Below the pieces are notes generated by a model. The model saw nothing but the letters and a program-made list of their open reading frames with translations. It did no database searches and was not told the origin of the DNA. Below, piece by piece: positions 1-7,568 of a stretch of 64,000 nt of DNA; the first letter of the stretch is position 1, and each line of letters begins with the position of its first letter. Source of the stretch: a virus (taxonomy: Duplodnaviria > Caudoviricetes); the IMG/VR virus record IMGVR_UViG_3300037492_000170, positions 58,745 to 122,744 of that record. The stretch is one strand, 5' to 3'. The translations under genes were made by a program, and so were the position numbers.

Positions 1-91
1 CAGTTGCAAGGGCTATCTCTAAATCATTTAACACGTCGCTAGTAGCAGCGACAATTGATGCTTCTGTTCCATGTCGAATTAAAGGTCTCAT
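1..91 (-). CDS. Partial CDS (runs off the window), Mtd_N-like tail fibre/adaptor protein
   Basis: Hand translation MRPLIRHGTEASIVAATSDVLNDLEIALAT; SD AAGGAGA upstream; same RxGT...EIA motif as neighbouring genes. Not in the ORF track. Confidence 0.7.
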   Translation of the reverse strand, partial: MRPLIRHGTEASIVAATSDVLNDLEIALAT

Positions 92-107
92 ATATTATCT
101 CCTTGAA

Positions 108-404
108 CTAAGTTACCACCATTCCGCCTACAAGTAAATAGGAAGTATACATTCCATCTACCGGAGGTGTGTTATCTACTAAATAACCACCACCAAATAT
201 CCAAGCATCGAGTGTACCAGAAGCGTCTGCAATAGGAACTTTTGAGGCGGTTGGTATTGCTGTAGGAACAGGGTATTTCTGCCTCGTAGTACCATCATAA
301 ACTACAATCTTCTTAGTGTCTGTAGTAAACGCAATCTCACCTGTTTCTAGGGTAGTAGCGTCTACTACTGCCTCAGTTCCACGTTTTAATTGGAATTTGA
401 TCAT
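108..404 (-). CDS. Small Mtd_N-like (fibre N-terminal module) protein
   Basis: FQLKRGTEA...GEIAFTTDTKKIVVYDG matches the Mtd/hyaluronidase-type N-terminal motif. Confidence 0.7.
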   Translation of the reverse strand: MIKFQLKRGTEAVVDATTLETGEIAFTTDTKKIVVYDGTTRQKYPVPTAIPTASKVPIADASGTLDAWIFGGGYLVDNTPPVDGMYTSYLLVGGMVVT

Positions 405-413
405 AGGAACCCC

Positions 414-1502
414 TTATGTCAGTACGCCGCAGTCCAACGTGGTAATGTCTCCCCAAGCTACATCTGCACCGTGCCCAGCACTCTTTAAGAACTGTCCGGA
501 TGTACCATGTAAAAGTTCCGTGGGAACAAAAGTAGCGCCCTGATATACCAAAATGGAACCTTGCTCTGCACCATGGACTAACTGTGTTAATGCAATAGAG
601 TCTGCCGCAGGTGCAGGAATAGCTTCCCATCCTATATCAGTAGCAGCTCCACCAGCAGTAAGCACATAACCATCAGCACCAGCAGCTAAAAATGTAGGGG
701 GACCACCAGAACCATTATAAGCAACAAGGTCCCCACGAGTTCCGTGCTCCATCATCGCTAGGGTCACATAGTTAGCGGCAATTGACAAATCATGACTATG
801 GTCCTGACGTGCTACCTGAGATGAACTACCCACTGCACCAGAACTTGCATCTGCAATCGACCCAGGTTCACTGGATGCTAACGCGTAATTATTAATCGGA
901 ACCCATGCAGCACCTGAATAGATGAACAGAAGGTCCTCATCGTCAACATATGCACACATACCTTCAGTAGGGACCTTAAATTCCCATGCATCTGGTGTTA
1001 GCGCAGTATTCCACTGTGCTATCTGCCCTGCTTTATTAGCCCATGCACCAGTGGGGTCTGCTGCAATTATATATCTATCACCATTTGTAGGTGTTACTGG
1101 AGGTGTTGCAAGGTCATTATCCTTAACAGAGTCCTGAAACTCACCTACACCCCAAGAAGCAGCAGTAATAACCTGTTGAATCTTCTGCCCAGACCATGTA
1201 CCAGATGCATCCGTAGCTGCATCGTCGAGCTTCAATGAAACCTTAGTAAATGTAGTCGGTGCTGAACAGTAATACACAGTCGCATTGGTTGTATCTACAT
1301 ATAAACAGCCAGCAATACCGCCAGCAGAAGGCACTCCAGCGCTTGTGAACGCCTTATTGACTGGAACTTTGGTCGCACTGTTGTCTGCCGAGGTTACGTA
1401 GAATACTGTATTCTCGGTGTCAAACCACAATTCCGACAAATACCCTGTAGCTGCAGCAACCAGTGCTGCGGTCCCTCTTTTATGTTGTAATTTCACTGGC
1501 AT
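414..1502 (-). CDS. Tail fibre-associated protein, Mtd_N-like plus DUF2793-like domain
   Basis: KLQHKRGTAA N-terminus; DLATPPVTPTNGDRYII...GAWANKAGQIA...PTEGMCAYVDDE...YSGAAW; two C-terminal repeats. Confidence 0.65.
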   Translation of the reverse strand: MPVKLQHKRGTAALVAAATGYLSELWFDTENTVFYVTSADNSATKVPVNKAFTSAGVPSAGGIAGCLYVDTTNATVYYCSAPTTFTKVSLKLDDAATDASGTWSGQKIQQVITAASWGVGEFQDSVKDNDLATPPVTPTNGDRYIIAADPTGAWANKAGQIAQWNTALTPDAWEFKVPTEGMCAYVDDEDLLFIYSGAAWVPINNYALASSEPGSIADASSGAVGSSSQVARQDHSHDLSIAANYVTLAMMEHGTRGDLVAYNGSGGPPTFLAAGADGYVLTAGGAATDIGWEAIPAPAADSIALTQLVHGAEQGSILVYQGATFVPTELLHGTSGQFLKSAGHGADVAWGDITTLDCGVLT

Positions 1503-2176
1503 AACGATAACTCCTTATTTGCTTTACTTATTCTCCGACATGCTCTCACAGGAGTTGTAATAATTCTCTCATCACTCCACCCCCTGTCCTTTCTTCCCAT
1601 TATAGCCTCTCTACTTACCGATAACCTTACAGCCCATTGAGCCACAGTTAAATCTTCACCATTGAAAATCAATCTACGATTAGCTCTAGTATTGTTCATC
1701 TGTTCTCTATGTGTCGCCCATCTACAATTTTCAGGTTCATAATCCCCGTTATTGTCCTTCCTGTCTAGGGACATACCCTCCAGTGGATCTCCCATATCAT
1801 TGTAGAAATTCTCAAAGCCGTGATTGGGGTCTAACCATCTATCACAAACCTTAATACCCCGACCACCATAGTCTTTATATCGTGCATTGCTAGGGTTATA
1901 ACACCTATCCTTCATACCTTGCCATGTTCTATATATTTTAGGCAAAGCACCATTCATACGATTACCATGAGTGGTAAAAGACCTAGCTGTAGACTCTTTT
2001 CTTAAACAACCACAAGACTTTGTATTCCCCTTCATTAAATGTGACCCTGTAACAACAGTCTTGTTACCACAAATACAATCACACTCCCAAAGCGTCTTGT
2101 TAAATTTAGTAGTTCCAGCAAACTTCATTACTTCCAACCTATCGAACTTCTGTCCGACTAAATCTAGTCTCATCAC
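1493..2176 (-). CDS. HNH-like phage endonuclease (homing-endonuclease-like family); ATG at 2173 is the likely start
   Basis: CxCxCG...KSCGC; MKDRCYNP...YGGRGIKVCDRW; SLDRKDNNGDYEPENCRWAT; C-terminal HTH-like segment. Confidence 0.8.
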   Translation of the reverse strand: MMRLDLVGQKFDRLEVMKFAGTTKFNKTLWECDCICGNKTVVTGSHLMKGNTKSCGCLRKESTARSFTTHGNRMNGALPKIYRTWQGMKDRCYNPSNARYKDYGGRGIKVCDRWLDPNHGFENFYNDMGDPLEGMSLDRKDNNGDYEPENCRWATHREQMNNTRANRRLIFNGEDLTVAQWAVRLSVSREAIMGRKDRGWSDERIITTPVRACRRISKANKELSLCQ

Positions 2177-2178
2177 TT

Positions 2179-2270
2179 CACTCCTTATTGTGTTATCCTT
2201 AGAAGTTATTTAATGGGAAGGCGGCTAAGGTTTCCGCTTTATCGGGTGTACACCCCTATCCCATTAAAAC
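2179..2270 (-). ncRNA. Putative structured cis-RNA (three-way junction plus pseudoknot), copy 1, in the 5' UTR of an HNH-like gene
   Basis: P1 2209-2218/2259-2268; hairpin GGGUG-UA-CACCC; hairpin GCGG-AAACCUUAG-CCGC; loop complementary to CUAAGG at 2197-2202; covaries with the copy at 7476-7568. Confidence 0.7.
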
Positions 2271-2277
2271 TACAATA

Positions 2278-2856
2278 TCACGCAAGAGCCCCACAGTCTA
2301 CTTCATTCAGCCAAGCACCGGATATTGTTGGACTGTCACTTCTAGACAGCGGGATTGAATTAACGGTTGGTGTAGTAGTTGCACTTGCTGGATTCTCCAC
2401 TACAGTATTACTAGCATTTAATGTGGCGTGCTTACTATGAGGACTGGCAGCATTAATATGAGCAGAAATATCTGCTGGACTATATGTAAGCTGTACCCAC
2501 GCATCCCCTGAAGTAAGAAACAATGTGAAGGTATCTGTCTCAAAATACAATTTTCCAGGAACCACCGCAGAGGGTCTTTCATCATGAGTACCTGTTACAC
2601 ACGCTCCTACTAATTTCTTGCCTGTACCATTAAACAAATACACTTCATTAGTATCAGTGGTAAAAACGATTTCATAATCCCTTAGATTACTAGAAAACAT
2701 CTGAGCCTGCGTACCCCTACGCAATACCACTGAATGTCTCTCGGCAGCAAAATCTCCAGGTTCGAGATACTCAACAATCTGCTCGTTAGTCCATAACTCG
2801 GCATCGTCAGTAACAGAATCATCTATGGGATAGTAGGGATTTATTATAGTTATCAT
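2278..2856 (-). CDS. Mtd_N-like fibre-associated protein
   Basis: Internal VVLRRGTQA...YEIVFTTDTNEVYLFNG; ends VDCGALA, like LDCGVLT of 414..1502. Confidence 0.6.
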   Translation of the reverse strand: MITIINPYYPIDDSVTDDAELWTNEQIVEYLEPGDFAAERHSVVLRRGTQAQMFSSNLRDYEIVFTTDTNEVYLFNGTGKKLVGACVTGTHDERPSAVVPGKLYFETDTFTLFLTSGDAWVQLTYSPADISAHINAASPHSKHATLNASNTVVENPASATTTPTVNSIPLSRSDSPTISGAWLNEVDCGALA

Positions 2857-2857
2857 A

Positions 2858-3271
2858 TCATGAGCCCCACAACTTTACTCCAGCATTATGTGTTCCTCCA
2901 CTTACAAAAACTATACTCCCAAACTTTCCATCTGTTTCTATAAGCATAAAAACCCCTACTGGTATTTCGAGTACATTAGCTGTATCTCCATTAGCATAAA
3001 AACTAACAATTCCGCCTGTTTCATTGTGTAACATAAGACTATTATAACCCATACATAAAATGGGGTCAGACGGAAAATCATTAACAGTTGCTAATTCCAT
3101 AAATGGATTTACTAGTGGCTCGTGACTAACGAATGATACCCCTGTAGGCAAAGTCGTTGGATAAAAATCCGTAGTGCCTGTCGTATATTTCTTGATGGAC
3201 TTGCGCTTCTTCAGCCCAATACCACCACGTAGAGTAACTGTACGAGCAGTGGAGTTCGTGTAGGTTGGCAT
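2858..3271 (-). CDS. Hypothetical protein, probably virion-associated
   Basis: 137-aa ORF tightly packed in the operon. Confidence 0.6.
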   Translation of the reverse strand: MPTYTNSTARTVTLRGGIGLKKRKSIKKYTTGTTDFYPTTLPTGVSFVSHEPLVNPFMELATVNDFPSDPILCMGYNSLMLHNETGGIVSFYANGDTANVLEIPVGVFMLIETDGKFGSIVFVSGGTHNAGVKLWGS

Positions 3272-3274
3272 ATT

Positions 3275-3505
3275 TTATTCCTCTTCTGGAACTGTCTCTT
3301 CTTCAACCGGACGGAAGGTTATCACCTTAATTTCTGTTTGGCTAATCCAAATACTACCACCATTTTCCATAGGAACTCTTATCTTAGCCTGTGACATTAG
3401 AGCAGGTTCAATAGCTGCTTGTTCCCCGTCTATAACCATGCTAAATACCACATCATTTCCGTCCGAATCACGTAAATTACTTATAATTGTCACTGTCGTC
3501 TTCAT
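3275..3505 (-). CDS. Hypothetical protein
   Basis: 76 aa, SD GGGAGG upstream. Confidence 0.65.
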   Translation of the reverse strand: MKTTVTIISNLRDSDGNDVVFSMVIDGEQAAIEPALMSQAKIRVPMENGGSIWISQTEIKVITFRPVEEETVPEEE

Positions 3506-3532
3506 CTGTCTACCTCCCTTTTGTTTTACAGT

Positions 3533-3883
3533 TTATACTTTTAGTGCTGCTACTGCTTTAAACGTAGCAATCTTCTCTGACATAGCCAATTCTGTCGGTG
3601 TAGCTTCCGCTGCAACAAACTCAGCCAACTCACCTTCTGCTGCATCTGCCACATCACCTATCTGAGCCTCAACCGCAGTAGTCAGTGCACTAAAGTCTGT
3701 CGTGATGTCGGCAATAACTTTATTGCCTCTGGTTAGCTTTAGCCCTTCCGGTGAAAGCTGTGCCATGAACATTCCGAACACTGAACTGTAAAGCCCAGAT
3801 TCAGCCGGTCCTGCTTCCTGCCACACTATACGAAATGATTCCGTACCTGAAATTATACTAGCCAAAACATCTGCTGCTGCCAT
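3533..3883 (-). CDS. Hypothetical Ala-rich protein
   Basis: 116 aa, starts 1 nt after the upstream stop. Confidence 0.65.
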   Translation of the reverse strand: MAAADVLASIISGTESFRIVWQEAGPAESGLYSSVFGMFMAQLSPEGLKLTRGNKVIADITTDFSALTTAVEAQIGDVADAAEGELAEFVAAEATPTELAMSEKIATFKAVAALKV

Positions 3884-3884
3884 T

Positions 3885-4556
3885 TTATTCCCCTTCTACT
3901 ACTTTTAGTTGTGGCTTTAGTAATTCTTTTCTAAAGCGCATGAAATCTCCTATAAACCGTTTACCACCAATATGAACATTGGTAATTTCGGGATCTAAAT
4001 AAATGCTATACCCCAACTCTCTTAATCTCCTACACATCACATTATCTTCCGACACCAACTCCCCATCTATTATCTTAACGTCAAATATCATTTTTCTCAA
4101 TTTGCCTTCATTCTCATACTCAGGGCTATTGTCCCATAATGATTGCATGGCTTTATTACTGAGTTTGAGGAATCCAGTACCTAAACTATTAACTTTGATA
4201 AGACCATTCTCCCCTATATCCAGATTCTGTGTGTTAATGTTATAAAGCTCTGCGTCATCAGTCTTTTTACGCACAGTTCCACCAACTACATCCTCTGGAT
4301 AATTGAATAGCTTGAAAACATTTATTGGCTCAAACTCCATGTCATCGTCCACGAAGATCATCGCATCGGCACTGTTCTCCAATGCTATTGCAATCAGATC
4401 ATTTCTTGCCCTTTGGATTAAGGCATCGTGACTGAGGTAAATGGGATAAGTGGTGATACCAAGGGATTCACCCATACGAATAGTTTCTACCATAGAAGCA
4501 CAGTAGTAGACCGAAACGGTTCCCGAATAACAAGGAGTTCCAATGATAATATTCAT
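3885..4556 (-). CDS. GT-A fold glycosyltransferase-like protein
   Basis: IGTPCY...LIQRARNDL...MIFVDDDMEF (DxD)...GTGF...SEDNVMCRR...HIG. Confidence 0.7.
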   Translation of the reverse strand: MNIIIGTPCYSGTVSVYYCASMVETIRMGESLGITTYPIYLSHDALIQRARNDLIAIALENSADAMIFVDDDMEFEPINVFKLFNYPEDVVGGTVRKKTDDAELYNINTQNLDIGENGLIKVNSLGTGFLKLSNKAMQSLWDNSPEYENEGKLRKMIFDVKIIDGELVSEDNVMCRRLRELGYSIYLDPEITNVHIGGKRFIGDFMRFRKELLKPQLKVVEGE

Positions 4557-6082
4557 CTAGCTTCTAGTTCCTTTACCCTAGCAGACAGTTCCTGAATTGC
4601 CCTCACCATAACAACCAGTAGATTCCCCGATGCTACTTCCAACCTTTCAGGATTCACATCATAGACTAATCCAGGTATTGTCACACCTTCTTCCTTCTGT
4701 GCGATTTGAAGTTCTTGGGCGAGAAAGCCCATACCCGGTATCCCAACTTTGCTACCATCCCTCATATTCCAAGTAAATTCCCTTGGTTTGAGGCGATTAA
4801 TAAACTCAAGTCCTACAGGGATATTGCCTATATTAGTTTTATCTCGTTCATCAGAAATAGCGGTAATAGAAGTAACCTGACATCTCAATGTAGCAACACT
4901 AGCATTACCTAATGTCACTTCATTAGTAGCGGTAGCACTTGAAGCATCAGCATCGTAGCCAATTGCAGTCAGGTTTGAGCCGGTGGTTACGCTATCCAAT
5001 GCTAATGTACCAACAGCGGTGTTGTAGACTCCGGTGGTGTTTGCATAAAGTGCCCAATACCCAATCCCTACGTTGGAAGTACCAATACTATTAGTCTCAA
5101 GAGCACTAGTTCCGACAGCGGTGTTGTTGGCTCCGGTGGTGTTTGCAGCGAGAGCATTAGTACCTACAGCAGTACAGTTTGAAAACGATTGATTACTCGC
5201 TCCTCGTAATGCTGCAACTCCCAAAGCAACATTGTTTATACCAGTTAAATTAAAACGCATGGCAGTGTAACCAACAGCCACATTTTCATAACCGGTAGTT
5301 AATGCCTGGGCTGCCTGATAACCTAATACACTGTTGCTGTTGCCTACTGCGGAAGCAAGTGCACTTCCCCCTACGGCTACATTCTGAACTCCTATTTGAT
5401 TCCCCTCCAATGCTGATGCACCAACAGCGGTGTTGTTGACACCGGTGGTGTTTGTAGTAAGACTATTGTAGCCACATGCTGTATTATTATCTGCTAAATT
5501 AGCTGCTAGGGCACTCCTACCAACGGCTACATTAGAACATCCTACAAGGTTAGCATAAAGGGCTGCATCTCCTACTGCCACATTTTGAACACCCGTTGTG
5601 TTTGTTTGAAGTGCCCTAGAGCCACATGCAGTATTATAATTCCCTGTTGTATTTGCATTCAACGCACTAGTACCAATAGCAACATTTGATGTAACCAACC
5701 CAGCACCATAGGATAAAACACGAGAGAATATATGGTCACCGGCAGGATAAGTTCCAGCAACTACTTCACTGGCATTGATAGCTTCAAAGGCTAAATCAGT
5801 AGTAGTGCCACCACCTTTAAGGACATATCCATCTACTGGTGCGGCAAGTAATGTTGGCGTAAATGAAGCTCCTGCATAGTGCATGATACCACGGGAAGCA
5901 CCATGTACGATGTTAGTTAGGGCTATATTATTAACGGCATCGTCAGCAGAGTACTTCTTCTTTGAGGAACCATCATACACGACCAACTTTTTAGTATCTG
6001 TCTCAAACGCTATTTCATAATCACTGAGCGACGCAGCATCTACAACTGCGGCGGTTCCCCGTTTAATTTTTATAACTGCCAT
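4553..6082 (-). CDS. Tail fibre with beta-roll N-x-A-V-G repeats and C-terminal intramolecular chaperone (peptidase S74-like)
   Basis: Mtd_N-like start; many N(T/V)A(V/I)GxxAL repeats; SDERDKTNI...GFLAQE...coiled-coil end. Confidence 0.85.
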   Translation of the reverse strand: MAVIKIKRGTAAVVDAASLSDYEIAFETDTKKLVVYDGSSKKKYSADDAVNNIALTNIVHGASRGIMHYAGASFTPTLLAAPVDGYVLKGGGTTTDLAFEAINASEVVAGTYPAGDHIFSRVLSYGAGLVTSNVAIGTSALNANTTGNYNTACGSRALQTNTTGVQNVAVGDAALYANLVGCSNVAVGRSALAANLADNNTACGYNSLTTNTTGVNNTAVGASALEGNQIGVQNVAVGGSALASAVGNSNSVLGYQAAQALTTGYENVAVGYTAMRFNLTGINNVALGVAALRGASNQSFSNCTAVGTNALAANTTGANNTAVGTSALETNSIGTSNVGIGYWALYANTTGVYNTAVGTLALDSVTTGSNLTAIGYDADASSATATNEVTLGNASVATLRCQVTSITAISDERDKTNIGNIPVGLEFINRLKPREFTWNMRDGSKVGIPGMGFLAQELQIAQKEEGVTIPGLVYDVNPERLEVASGNLLVVMVRAIQELSARVKELEAR

Positions 6083-6083
6083 C

Positions 6084-6305
6084 TTACACTCCTAAGATAT
6101 TCTCGAAATGTTCATGCGCCCTTTGCATACAGATGAACATCTTATCAAGATTTGTCGGTATTATCTGTCCATCAAGAAGTGCTGCTCCAGGAATACTTAC
6201 ATCGCCCCCATCAAACGTGGGGGTTGGATTACTATCACTTGCCACTCCAGCATCCACCAATAGAAGATTATCCAGACAAGTCATATCACCATCATATAAC
6301 AGCAT
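6084..6305 (-). CDS. Hypothetical protein
   Basis: 73 aa, coupled to both neighbours. Confidence 0.55.
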   Translation of the reverse strand: MLLYDGDMTCLDNLLLVDAGVASDSNPTPTFDGGDVSIPGAALLDGQIIPTNLDKMFICMQRAHEHFENILGV

Positions 6306-6862
6306 TAGTATATCCTATACACCATCGCTGGCGCAGCTTGAGGAAAGGGTGGTCGTTCATCACAGAACTCTACCATCCAACCACTTATAGGTTGAAGTTC
6401 ATTTGCAAGAAAATCATGCACGGTAAATTGAATAGGAGACGCATCGTGGAATAAGAATACGCCGGTTGGTTTAAGTTTACTCTTGTATAAATTAAACGTA
6501 TTCTGCGCTTGCTCATAGGTGTGAGGGTCTAAGTCTATGTGAATTATGTCCAAACTATTGTCAGCAAACTGATTTACACAGTCCTCAGCACGTGAGTGTA
6601 TGAAGAATGTCTTTAGATTGTCTATAACAGGTGCCATCTCTACTCGATAATTGATATCCACAAATTTAATGGTGTAGGGCAGCCCTACCTCATCCAACTT
6701 CTCAACAAATAACCTTGCACTGAATCCAAGGTCACACCCTAATTCTAACACAGATATATTAGTTTGTCCAACAATTGCTTTGTCAATAGCATTGAGATAG
6801 AAGTCATGATAACTCTTGAATACTTCCACACCTAACATTTCCGAGAACGGTCGCTCTATCAT
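6305..6862 (-). CDS. Class I SAM-dependent methyltransferase (Methyltransf_24-like)
   Basis: VLELGCDLGFS motif I; DIIHIDLDPHTYE; LKPTGVFLFHD. Confidence 0.8.
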   Translation of the reverse strand: MIERPFSEMLGVEVFKSYHDFYLNAIDKAIVGQTNISVLELGCDLGFSARLFVEKLDEVGLPYTIKFVDINYRVEMAPVIDNLKTFFIHSRAEDCVNQFADNSLDIIHIDLDPHTYEQAQNTFNLYKSKLKPTGVFLFHDASPIQFTVHDFLANELQPISGWMVEFCDERPPFPQAAPAMVYRIY

Positions 6863-7470
6863 AATGCCCCCCTAACTGGACGTGTAAGAGAATCTTCTAC
6901 TGACCACGCCTTTAGCCTAGAATATAATGTACTGACTGGCATACCTAAATTGCGTGCCCACTGCGATGCCGTCATAGTCTTCCCATCATAATGAATTATA
7001 ACATTATCTCTCATATTATTCATTTGCTCGAAGCGAGTTGCCCACCTATAGTTATTTGGTGCATAATCCCCATCGTTATCAATTCTATCTAAAGATTTAC
7101 CAGCGGGGGCCTCCCCTACATCAGCAAGAAAGTTTTCAAACTTCAACCATCTATCACATACTTTTATTCCTCGTCCACCATATCTATCATAAAACTTATG
7201 ATTTGGGTTTAAGCATCTCTGCAGCATACCACTCCATACACGATAAATATTAGTTTCCTTTCCAACTCTGTTATATCCATGCTTAGTCACTACATCAATA
7301 TGAAGGCAACCACACGATTTAGTGCCTCCACTTCTCAACTGATCCCCACGAACCTTACAGACTTTACCACAATCACATCGGCAAATCCAATAATACATCC
7401 TGCGTTTATTTTTATCACCTGTACTAATCACAGTTAGTCTTCCAAATATTTGCCCAGTTAAATCTATCAT
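6859..7470 (-). CDS. HNH-like phage endonuclease, paralog of 1493..2176
   Basis: CRCDCG...KSCGC; MLQRCLNP...YGGRGIKVCDRW; SLDRIDNDGDYAPNNYRWAT. Confidence 0.8.
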   Translation of the reverse strand: MIDLTGQIFGRLTVISTGDKNKRRMYYWICRCDCGKVCKVRGDQLRSGGTKSCGCLHIDVVTKHGYNRVGKETNIYRVWSGMLQRCLNPNHKFYDRYGGRGIKVCDRWLKFENFLADVGEAPAGKSLDRIDNDGDYAPNNYRWATRFEQMNNMRDNVIIHYDGKTMTASQWARNLGMPVSTLYSRLKAWSVEDSLTRPVRGAL

Positions 7471-7475
7471 AATAT

Positions 7476-7568
7476 CACTCCTTATGGTGTTTATCCTTAG
7501 TGATTATCATGGGCAGGCCGCTAAGGTTTCGGCTCTTCGGGTCTAGATTCCCTAGCCCATGCTAAAAC
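7476..7568 (-). ncRNA. Putative structured cis-RNA, copy 2, in the 5' UTR of an HNH-like gene
   Basis: P1 7508-7514/7555-7561; GGG/CCC hairpin; GCCG-AAACCUUAG-CGGC; CUAAGG at 7495-7500; SD UAAGGAG. Confidence 0.7.

Noticed and set aside
2179-2270. Hammerhead ribozyme, tRNA or intrinsic terminator
   Set aside because: No CUGANGA core, no cloverleaf or T-loop, and no U-tract on the coding strand
1-6082. Diversity-generating retroelement suggested by Mtd_N-like domains
   Set aside because: No reverse transcriptase and no TR/VR pair differing at adenines seen in the window; Mtd_N is not the variable domain
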